Source: Lytechinus pictus
Lineage: Eukaryota
Length of the DNA: 64,000 nucleotides
Assembly (NCBI RefSeq): GCF_037042905.1
Contig: NC_087251.1
Coordinates: 39,060,001-39,124,000 of the forward strand
Direction of reading: 5' to 3'
Shown: positions 42,601 through 54,600 of the stretch, piece by piece
Numbering within the stretch: the first letter of the stretch is position 1
Layout: each line of letters begins with the position of its first letter
Translations under genes and position numbers: made by a program
Notes under the pieces: generated by a model
What the model was told of the DNA's origin: nothing
Seen by the model: the letters and a program-made list of their open reading frames with translations, nothing else
Databases searched by the model: none

Positions 42601-45600
42601 GAGAATGAAAGGGGGGAAAACTAGCGTTATTCAGTCTTTTTGGTGTATTTATGTTAGTAGCGTTATTCAGTCTTGATAATTCCCAACCATTTTCCTATTC
42701 AGAATAAGGCAATATAAAATTAGGAAAATTAATTGACACATTATTAACCAATCTACATGACTATGATATTGAATATTCTACTACATTTTTTTTTAAATAA
42801 TAAAATTATTGTGAAATGAATTGAAACTATTAACGAATCTATATGATATTTGATATTCTAGTACATGTACATAACATTGAAAAGTCTTTGTTTTAATTAT
42901 TGTGGGAGCTATACTTAATAATTCATAAGTATACGCGGGTTCTTCTAACACAGAACACGAACAGATGAAGGGGTATTATGTTGATGGTTTGAAGGTTTGT
43001 GCTCAGCTGCCTGTGCTAGATTTAAATACAATGTTCAAATTAATTTGAAGATGACAATAAAAAGTAACACATCATCATGGATAAGACATACATGTAGGAA
43101 TCTTTGCATGATGAATATTCATGATTTGGTAAACCAGGAGAGAGGAGGGAAGTAATTAAGAAAGCTGAAGAGAAGTCCAATAGAGAAAGGAATTTTATAA
43201 TAAATGAGGGATGCAAGGAATGAAGGGTATATAGATGAGGGTACCAAAGGAGATGGGGATAACAAAGATAAATGAGGATAAAAGGCAAGAAGGGTAATGG
43301 AGACTGAAGAAAGGAGAAATGTAAATTAGCAGGGGCGGTGGGGGGGCTTTAGCCCCCACTTTAAAAAAAAAAACGTGCACAAAAACGTAAAAAATTACCA
43401 TAGGATTGTGATTTTTTGCATGATCAGCCCCCCCCCCCCCCACTTTGAAAACCGTTCCGCGGCCCCTGATCTGCTGATTAGGGTTATTTGGAGTATAGCA
43501 ATGAGATTAAAAGGTAATCCCTAATTACTAAACAAAAACTGCTATAAACTTGAATAATGTACAAAATAGCTCCCAACAATAGCTTGATATCAATCCAACT
43601 CGATTATGCCCCCCCCCCCAAAGAAAAAGTAATGATGTGAATCCTTTTTTGCTCTGACTACTCGAGTAAGAACCCTGGTACTCGGGAATAATATGTGAAG
43701 GCCTACATGTATATTAGCAACATCAAGATGCCTGTCGCTTAACTTCGCAATGTATTTGAAATTACAGGACTTGGCTTAATAATATATGCTACTTATTCCT
43801 TTCCCTTCCAGGGTGCTTGTGAAAAATTCTCCTGTATATTCATGTATAGGCACTAATTCCCCTCAGTGCAACGCCATCACTTCATCATTTCAGCTAATAT
43901 GTCAATGAGAATCCTATCTTCATGTCTGAATTAAAGAAATAAATCATAGAGCATTGGACTCATATCGCAAAGTTGTACATATAAGTTCAATGCAATGAAT
44001 ACATCAGTTGAATTGCGCAGGAAATGCGCTGATGTACATTCTATGATCTCCAGTATATATCGTATACTATTATTAGCATCATATTACTGAAAATGAACAA
44101 ATCTTAGTGCTTTTCATCAGAACCTTCAAAAATCCCCTAAAATGCACGAAAAATCCCCCAATTTATTTTAATCCCCTAATATTTTACCATCCCCAAGTCT
44201 TTTCAAATTCTCCAAATCTGGGGATGAAAATCCCCAAATAGTAACACTTGAGTCTATCTCAACTTCTCTTGATCCATTGCAATCTAGCCAGCAAGGCCGA
44301 GCGATCGCGCGCGGGGACTCCTTTGATTTCATTGTTTTGTTTTGTATACTAGTAATAGTCTTCAGCGTTTAGGCTTCCTTTTATTATTGCAAAATTGAAT
44401 GGGATGGGCGGAGCCAAATTCAGACAACAATAGCGCGCGGCGCGCCGCGATAGGCCAGCGCCAGGGGCCGGGGTTAAGCCCAAAGGTTAAGCCTATGGGG
44501 CCAGGTTAGCTGACAAGCCGAACCAGATCTTGAATCTCTATAAATACTCTACAAATGCTCTTGAAACCTTACAATCAATTCTGACTTTCGTCAAGACGTT
44601 ATCTCATCGCATTTACTTAATTTTACCTACACCACGGAATTAACCTGGTCCTCGTCGAACTCGTAGTTTGGTAGACCTGTACTAAGAGTTCGAGTCCGAC
44701 TGAGACACATCAGCCCTCCACTGCAGCAACTTGCGCCTGCCGATTGGTACTGTATCTGCTCTGCGGAGCTGAGACTACTGTCAGTACTGAGGCACCTAAC
44801 GACGTGACGCCGACGCAATCGCCATGGTAATCCAGTACCAGGCACGAGACCCAGAGAGCAGAATTTGGATGGCAGTCACCGTTTTGTCACGGAACGATTT
44901 GAGAGCCAAAGTCAGGTAATTCACTTTTGTTTCGACTTAACCCATTCCAATAAAAAAAGCATGCACTGTAAAAATGAAGTTCTAATTTAGCACTTACAGT
45001 GCGTGTAATAGTGAATGTACTACTTACTAACTTGGTACGAGTGCTGATTTTCTAGTTTAAAATTTGAACTAGAAAATCAGCACTCGTAGTGCAGTCACTT
45101 TACAAGCACTGTAACTAAGTAAGTGCTTAATTAGCATTTCATTTTTTACAGTGCATAGGCCTAGATCTAACGTTAGGGCCATAAGATAACGATGCAAATT
45201 TCATCAAAATCAAAATCTCGTCTCACTGACACCGGCAGTACTAATATTATTAGTGCTCACTCGATAAACATGTAGGCACTAGGTCTAGATCTATGCTATT
45301 TCTTTGATTTTTCCGTGCTTTGCATCTGAATTTAATGAATATTTTTAGTGTTTAAATGCTTTTCGGATATTACATGTACATGTTTATTCAATATAACTTT
45401 TTGTTGAGGTGGAATTGTCGGTTCAATTTGATGGAATATCATGAAATGTAGATATTGCTTTCAATATGGCAAGGAAATCATTTGTTGGTTGTACAATGTA
45501 CCAAACAAATTACTTACATGTAGTCTTCAGATTTGCTTTCGTCATGATTTTTGATTTGCTTTTATTATATATATTATGATTATTGGCCATCCGATTCTTG

Positions 45601-48600
45601 ATGTTGCTCCGACAAAATAGGGGAAATTGCTGGGGGGAAAAATTAATGTGAACAAACGCCACACCACTCATAAACTGTGTTGTGAATTTAAGCAAAACTT
45701 TAAAATGCCATAAGTTTCTTATTTCACGTCGGCTCATAATGACATGAAATTTTAATATTTCCAAAGTTTCTAACTGTTTCAAGCTGGCACAGGTTTATGC
45801 ATACTTTAACTGTTGAATCCGCCGCACTTATATACATTTTCATCGTTTTTTCATTCCAGATGGACAAACTACAGAAACATCATTTCGGATATTCCTACCA
45901 CGGACCTGAGGGTTTCTCTTTTGAAAAGGCTGCTACCTCGTGAACTGAATAAGGAACTGTGGCCTGGCACTTCGCCGTTCAATCTGCAATTGGGGGACAA
46001 ATTTCAACTTGTAAAAGGCGACGGTTCAATGGGCGAGATTGCTACTGTCAGGACAAACGACCCCTTTCGAGGAATAGTTAGTATTTACATTTGTTGATTA
46101 AGTTATACAAATGCATTCTGCATGAGCAAATTAATTGTTGTATATTTGTCACACTAAATGATACAGTATGCAACCACAGGAGATTAATTTCAAGTTGTGT
46201 GCTTGCCTACATAAGTGGTGTTTTACTTAAGTAAAATATAAATGAAGTGTTCTTTCGTTTAATGAATCTAAAATTGTTCATTAGATTAGAAATTGATCTT
46301 ACATCCATCCGAATTCCCTCGTTATTGCCACTTTATTTCATATCCACTGCTCTGCCTCTAAGTTTTGTGTAGATTTTTATTTACATATGTTGCACAATAT
46401 CCATGGTTCTGGTTTTATAATGTTTCAATCGATAATATAAACATCTCATTTCTGATCGAAATCTAAATTTAGATTGAAAGTGATTCTTAGTATTATTCAT
46501 GTACAGGTGTACACTGTGTTAACTTTCACATTTCACTCTCTTTTTATTAGATAACTACAACTGAACACGGAGGAAGGCAGTTTAGGTACGAGCATATTGC
46601 AGAGGCTCCAGAGCAAGATACCAATGTGCCTGTTCCTGTGCAACCTCCAAGGAAGCGTCCCCAGGTTGCTGATGCAGGTGACTGTGTTGAACCTTCAAGG
46701 AAACTTCAGAGAACATCAGGGAAGCAGGTTAGAAAATCAAATTTTTTGAGATGCAGCTTAAAGTTTAAACATTTTTCAAGTGTTAGAAAACAGCAAGAAA
46801 GTTGAAAGTTTTCATAAGAGGTCACTATGGGTGTGGGAATTCCAAAATTGGCTGCATAGACCTACAGATTGTACATTTACATGTGACTTTGAAATTGTCA
46901 AAGGTATGATTTTACAATTTCGCTGAAGTATTGATAAAAGTACAAGAATATTGTATTCTATATAATAATGACATTAATTCTGAAAAAACTTATGCACATT
47001 AAGATGCTCCTCTATTTTTGAAAAACAAATTGGTGCCTTTTCACTGCCGTAATTCAAATGATATCAAACTAAAGAAATTCTCTTTCTTTTCACAGAGTGC
47101 AGCAGGACCGATTAGAACAAAGAAAACTGCACCTCCACGGCCAGCAGCACCAACCTCCCAAGGCTACAACTAAAGTGACAAAGAAGGTAGGTTCATAGTA
47201 TGTATATTAATTTTTTACCCATTTGTGTTTTGCAGGGGGGGGGGTGAGTATCCTGCACCACTCTTCTGGTAAAAGAAAAGAAGTTATCACCAAGTACATC
47301 AAACAAGTTGTTCTGACTTAGAAAAATCTGATATTGTTAATATGCCGAGGGCTAATGACTTTCGTGCCTGTAGTGGTGTTCTATTTTTTTGTCATTTGTT
47401 TTTATTTCGGGGGGGGGGGGGGGTAGGCAATTGATTTATAATAATTTATTTACTACAATATTGGTAGTGATCAGAATTCCCACATGTAGGATTTCAGATT
47501 AAATAAATGAGTTGAATTAAACCAGCTACTTGATTACTTTTTTTATCAATATATTTAATATGATTAAAAGTCAAGTCCACCCCAGGGAAAAAAATGACTT
47601 GAATAAATAGAGAAAAATCAAACTAGCATAGTGCTGAAAATTTCATCAAAATCGGATGTGAAATAAGAAAGTTATGACATTTTAAAGATTCGTTTATTTT
47701 TCACAAAACAGTGATATGCACATCTAGGTGACTCAGTCGATGATGTCCATCACTCACTATTTCTTTTTTTTTATTGTTTGAATAATACAATATTTCATTT
47801 TTTATAGATTTGACAATAAGTACCAACTTGACTGAACCATATAGTATTAAACAATGGTAATTCCACATGTTCAGGGAGGAATTAATCGTTGTATCACTTG
47901 AAAATGAGGAGAAAATTTGAATATTTCATATAATAAAATACAAAAGAAATAGTGATTGGATAATGTCATCATCTGTCTCCTCATTTGCATACCGACCAGG
48001 GGCCCGTTGCATAAAAAATTTTACCTGAGAAAACTCAGGTTGTTTTTACCGGAGTTTTTGCCCTGTGTTAAAGTCAATGGCAGAAATCAGACTAACCTTA
48101 GTTTTCAGTTTTTACCAGAGTTTTCTCAGGTAAAAAGTTTTATGCAACAGGCCCCAGGATGTGCATAAACTGTGTTGTGAAATTAGGCGACACTTTAAAA
48201 TGTCATAATTTTCTTATTTTACATCCGATTTTGATGAAATTTTCAGTGTTATGTTTGTTGGATTTTCTCTTTTTATTCAAATCAAGTTTTTGTTAGGGTG
48301 GACTTGTCATTTAAAGGGAGATTGATTGTAAAACAAACATACCTGTGTTTCAAAATTTTATGTAACATCTTAAATTGATTATTCTACTTCTCTTTTTGTC
48401 TCCTTGCACAGAAAGCAACCATGATTGCCGGCCAGGCCCCACGCCCTGCTGTCAACTCCAAAGAAGGAGCAATGATGTACCACACCAAAACACCAATTGA
48501 AGACCTCGTAGCATTGGGTTTGCAGAGATTGGAAGAGATGAGGGAAAGCAGAGAGGTACCGCCAGAACCAACTGCAACTGCTCCTCGTCAACCTCCACCA

Positions 48601-51600
48601 CCCCCATCAGCACCTCGAGAACTGGTTCCACCACCTCCACCACCCCCACCAGCTGTAGAAGTAGCAGCCGTTCCTCGATCACCACCAGCCCCACCTCAAC
48701 GACGACCATCGCCACCCAGGGTACCGCCACTCCAACCAGCTCCTCGATCACCAGCATCAGTTCCTCAATCAGCACCCTGACTGCAACCGTCACCCAGAGG
48801 GCCATCACCCCCGCCATCTCCTCGATCACCAACGCCACCACCCAGACAAGCGCCACCTCGACGACAACCATCACCACCCAGAGGGCTACCACTCCGACCA
48901 GTTCCTCGATCACCAACACCACCCAGACGACCACCACCTCGAGGACCACCACCACCATCACCACCCAGAGGGCTACCACTCCGACGAGCTCCTCGATCAC
49001 CAACACCACCACCCAGACGACCACCACCTCGATCACCAACACCACCACCCAGACGACCACCACCTCGATCACCAACACCACCCAGACGACCACCACCTCG
49101 AGGACCACCAGCACCACGACGGCCGCCACCACCAGCACCACGACGGCCGCCACCACCAGCACCACGACGGCCGCCACCACCAGCACCACGATGGCCGCCA
49201 CCACCACCTGAACAGGAAGCACCGGTACCCCCTGCAGTGCTTTCACGAATTGCTGAAGACCCAGTTGTGGGTTTTTTGTGGGACAAGATTGTTGAGCTGA
49301 AGGAACAAGACAGAAGGAAAACCCAACAGATCAGCCGCATGGAGTTGGAAGTGAACCACCTGAGGAGTCTGCACAGCCAGAGTAATGTCAGATCAAACCG
49401 GGTCTGTAGTAGGGATGAAATCACAAGGCGGCTAGAGTTCGTCACAGTTGACGGCAAGAGAACGATGCAAGTGACAAAGCAGGTGATGGACTCTCTGCTC
49501 CCATTTGCCCCTTGCCACAGGGACGTATCGAGGAGACTGGGGAATCTTCTATTCCTGAGAGAAGAAAGGATCAACAGAAATGTGATAGGCATAAGGAATC
49601 CTGCTATGGACCCAGAGAGGATGGGGGCCATTCGCCGTGCAACGTTTGATTTGTGCCCGACAGGTGGAGAAGGCCAGGAACAAGTCTGGAAGAGGTGTGT
49701 GAAAGGGATCGACGCACAGAATCGTAACCTTAAAAGACGGACAGTGTGAGGCACAGTGACTTCCATCGCGACTATCAATTTGATGCACATGTTCATTTGT
49801 CATGATGACAAAGTGAAAATCTACTATTCTTGAAAATAAGTTCTTAAAATGTGTGCTATCCCGTAAAATAATTATTATTTAAAGAAATGAGCAAGACAGG
49901 CTATTTTTACATGTAGGTCACAGTTAACCGTTTTTCTATTTATAATTTGCCTTACACGTTTTCGTCGTTTTTTGTGAATACTACTTTTTTAATGCCTTTT
50001 TATGTAACTCATGCGATTTTTCATGTTATAGTCATATTGCAATTATTAGACTGTTGCAATGTACTACATGTATGACTTTTGCATCAAAATTTATTTAAGT
50101 GAAATATAAATAGTCCCATACAATTTTCATTCTATTAGGATAGTTAAGACAGACAGCCCCTTTTAGGTCATAATTCATCATATCTATAAATTACCCTACA
50201 ATTTTCACGTAAAATTTTCTTATTGATGAAAAATATAATATATAAACTCTTTTGAAATGGTCCATACGAGATTACACGATATATTTTATGAAGTTTATTT
50301 CAGGAAATGATCGATGTTTTTAGAGAATAATTGAATCATTTTAGATTTGTGAATTACGGTACATCTTTTTGCAATACATTTGTATGTAACTCAGGCGATT
50401 ACATCTGTCATATGCCAGTTGACTGTTGTACTTTTTGTCATGAAACAATCTGTAATAAAGTGAGTTTTTCACTGATTTTTTATTATTAATTGAATTAAAG
50501 AATGTTTATATGCAATGTCAATGGAGTGTATTAGATGTCTTTTGTCAGCTTATCAAAATAGTAGCATCATAAAATTGATTAAATACAAACTCAAGTAATG
50601 TTACTTTTGATATTCATTAATTTTCTTTCTTTCGGGAGAAGATGTAAATCATATCTAAATACCAAAGCATTGTTGCAAAACGACTTATGTAGGGCAAAAA
50701 AAAGAGAAAGACAGAAGGAGAACTAAAGGAATAAAAGGGGGAGAAGTAAAAGAAGGAAGGGAGGGGAAAAAAGGAAAGGGGGGGAAAAAGAAAGGAAGGG
50801 AGAGGGGGAAGGAAAGGGGTATATAGAAAAGGAGAAAGAAACGAAAGGAATGGAAGATGGGAAAGAAAAGGAAGGAAAAGAGAATATTAAGACATGAAAG
50901 GGAGAGGGGGGAAGAGAGAAAGAAAAGGAGAAGGGAAAGGGAGAGACGGAAGAAATAGCAAAGGAGAAAAATGCTGGGGGGAGAAGAGGACGAAACTTAG
51001 GGAAAGAAAAGGGGGAGCGAATGATTATAAAACACACGAGAGAGTTGATTGCCCATTTCATATCTTTAAATACTTTCTCCGTATATTTCTACCAAAATTT
51101 GTTATGCTTCATGAAGTTGTTTTCCTGGACCTGTAAGTGAAAGTGAGAAGAGATGGGCGGTGTGGTGTGGTGATTGGAGAAGAGCGAGGGAGAGAGAAAC
51201 ACGAGATTGATGGATAGGGTCTAACCATACTAAATGTCAAATCGTTGCTCCTCCCCCCCCGCTTCTTCTGCTTCTTTATCTCTCGCTCGATCTCCCCAAT
51301 CATTCTCCGGTTATCCGTCCCTTTATCTAACCCCACCCCCCCCCTGTATACTCTTCTCCCTCCGCAATTTTGTTTTTTACTCGCCTGAGCGAAAAAAGAC
51401 ACTTTTCCATCATTGTCCATGATGATGGTTTAATAGCAATATCCAACTTGTCTACTATCATTTGGTCTACCATCAGTTCTTCCACTATCCACATGGTATT
51501 TTTGCCATTTCGTCCGATAACCATTTGGTCCATAATAGCCATTTAGCCCGGCCATTTAGTCATTAAACCATTTGGTTATGGGTGAAATAAATGAAAAGAA

Positions 51601-54600
51601 ATTGCTATTAGACCAACTGGTTATATGACTGAGATGAAATGGTCAAAGACAAACTGGTGATTAGACGAAAATGATGATTGGACTAAATGACTGTTAGACT
51701 AAATGAAGGTGGATCATTTTGACAGAGACTTGGGAATTGTTTTTTTTAGTGGGATTGCTGATGTAAATGCTGATGTAAATTTGAAAAGCAAAAAAAAAGT
51801 CATTTTCAACTACAAAATAGAGGTCAAACTGGTCCTGAGAAATAAGAAATGGAAAAAAAAAGTTTCTCTACAAAATGAAGTACATTGAACAGAAAATATT
51901 ACAGGAATATATCTATTATCTCTATCATGTATACATTGTTACAATTGAAACGTTGAGGTGAACGCCTGTAGCTACAGTGTACATTTACATGTACATGTAA
52001 GTAGCGATCCCCTGGCACGGGTCAATTAATTACGCCGTCTTGCACGTTTCGCGAATAATAGACAGAGGTGTGAAAAATACAATAAGCAGCTAACAATGGG
52101 AATAATAGAACGCAGTAAACAGAAGGATGTTTTGTCGTGTCGCGGCTTTAGTGATTTGAATTGAATTTATTATAACGTATCCACTCGTCAATGGAAGACT
52201 GGAAGTGCCCCCCCCCCCCTGGGGGGGGGGGGGCACTTACTTTAGAAGCTTATTGATGCAACTCTCAAGTTCAGAAATGAGTATTAAATTCGTAGGAAAT
52301 ATGCGGGGTTGGGGTGTGAAGGAATGATCATAGGTTATTCGATATCTATAATTGAGAGATGGAGAAAATTAGTCTTAGTATTATGTGTATAGGCCCTATA
52401 AAGTTTGTGGATCAGATCATGCTGAGGAAAATAAGCATTAAAAAAAACAGATCTTAGAGAGAAAGGTTCCTGCAAGCCCAGGGTAGACTTGGACCAGCAT
52501 GAAAAAGGTATAGGGGGCAAATTTCTGATATTGTTGGCGTACCTGGTTTATTGGCCGTTCGTTCTCAGTATAGGGGTCGAACCTTGCACAAACTGAAGAG
52601 ATCGAGTTGCAGCTCCCTGAGCTCCGTCATTCATATACGGCGTCTGATGACAATTCATAGGTGGAAAGGCCGTAAATGGAGCCTCTTTTAGTCTTGGCTT
52701 TGAGTTTGTCTTGATGAGAAACACTCAGGAAAATCATAAACCGCTTATTCTTCTAAAAGAATTTATTAATTCCGGTGCTGTCTTTTAGTTTCATAAGGGC
52801 CGCCGCAAATCGATCTGCAACCCGATTTTGGAATAAAACGTACATGTACTAGAATTTTTTCCTACATGTAACATCGAGACATGGAATATCTTACTGTATA
52901 ATGTTCTAAATCATCAAATCGGTGGCCTTTAGTAAAGATTACATACATGTATGCATCAATCTCATCAATTTACCACTGACAGACGTATAATGTATGTAGT
53001 TAACTAGTTATGTTAAGATAAAAAGTGTCTCTTACTTGCCCATACTCCATCATCATCGCTACATGTCATACTCATTATCGCCATTTCATCATAACCTTCA
53101 AAATTCTTGTGCTAATGCATCATTCAGTTTGCTCTCTCTTCCCCCACATACATGTATTATCAGAGCAGCTTTATCTCGATTGCAAAATATATTTTATTTC
53201 AAGACTGTTTGCAGCAAAAGCTGAATTGTACAGAACTTTTACATAAAAAAAAAACCATAACAGTATCAAAATAGAATTATACAAATACACAGAGCATGAA
53301 GAAATATGCAATCATTAATACTTGGGGGTTAATATGAATGAACATAATATTTTCAAATATGAGTAATTGCAGAAGTTTCAAAATTCGCTTAAGATATTCA
53401 TATTTCAAAATTCTATTCTTTTTCAGTTTATAATGTTTTTGTTTATTTTTCTTGATGCGCCATGAGCACCGAAAGGCGGACCTGTGTGCTATAAGTAGCA
53501 ACCATTATTGTACAATCACTTAAATCATCGTAATCATCAGCACATCATGAACCTTCTCGTCCTTATCATCATCATAACACCATTTTCACACCACTCATCA
53601 GTATCATCGTTTATAGGATACCATCATTATTTCTTATTATCATTATCATCATATTATTGCAGACGAACAAGGAATACAAATTATGAGGAGGACAAAAAGA
53701 GGAAGAGGAAAAGGACTAAGTGAGAATAAAAAGAAGGGATTTACATATATAGAAGAGAAGGGAAGACAAAACTACAAAATAATAGACGAAAATAACATGC
53801 TGGAACTAATGAGATATTTATTTTAAACAAGCTTTAATGATAACAATTATGATAATATATATTGGTATACAAATGGCAATGATATCAACAAGAGTAATAA
53901 ATAATTATGCAAGCAAAATAGCTCCGAGACCATAGGAGCCTTGATGACACTATCAAATGTATCACGTTAAGAGTTGACAAGGAAAATAACATAGCCTACA
54001 TGAACATGTGTACGTACATGCAGACGATTGTGATTGGGTCGAATTAGGAAGAAACGATTGTGAGTACAAATAATGCTAGATCTTTCTTAATGTGGGCACC
54101 TGTTAATTCCTTCGTTCACGTTGAAATTTTGAACTGCTTTTGCATGACCTGAGCATGATTAATTTTTTTTTTTTTGGGGGGGGGTAACTAGGGTCTAGTC
54201 AAGCATGCAAAATCAACCACTCTCGCACACCGGGGAACTGGACCGGTAAACCGGGAGCGCCGCACCGTGGTCCGTCCCAAGCCGGGTGGCATGCGTGCTC
54301 TCCGTCATCGCGCCGCAAGTGCAGCATTAGAGCAGCGGCCGGTGCCTCGCTCCCTGTGTCCACCTCGCACCGAGTTTACCTATCAAAACGCAATGCATGT
54401 ACTGTACGCGAAAGCAACTAGAACTTGACCTCTTTTGTTTGGATTTGTCGAGTGTAAAAACCGCATATGACACGCTGGTCACTTGACCATGACGCATGGC
54501 TCGATCACAAAAGATCGACACCGAGTGTAACACGCTATTGACACGAGAGCAAATGACACGCGAAGAGAAATAGTCGCACCTGAGGGCGTGTATTCGCGCG

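Larger units (their letters stand above)
44824..49749 (+). pseudogene. Transposon-borne spliced gene: Tudor/chromo-barrel-like N-terminus, Pro/Arg repeats, coiled coil, BEN domain (~640 aa; disrupted)
   Basis: Exons 44824-44915, 45860-46076, 46551-46727, 47096-47186 (91 nt, probable +1 frameshift) and 48412-49749 (one in-frame TGA at 48778-48780). The C-terminus RRLGNLLFLREERINRNVIG..PAMDPERMGAIRRATFDLCP..EQVWKRCVKGIDAQNR fits the BEN pattern. AATAAA at about 50454. Confidence 0.75.

Noticed and set aside
48778-48780. In-frame TGA as selenocysteine or programmed readthrough
   Set aside because: It lies in a Pro/Arg repeat where CGA is expected; CpG deamination is simpler and I recognised no SECIS.
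48452-49796. Long minus-strand ORFs (264 aa Val-rich, 343 aa Gly/Arg-rich)
   Set aside because: Antisense shadows of the Pro-rich repeat exon; splice sites and the BEN domain support the + strand.
52500-52800. Exon-like minus-strand segment in the right arm of the element
   Set aside because: Contains stops and no recognisable homology; needs tBLASTx.
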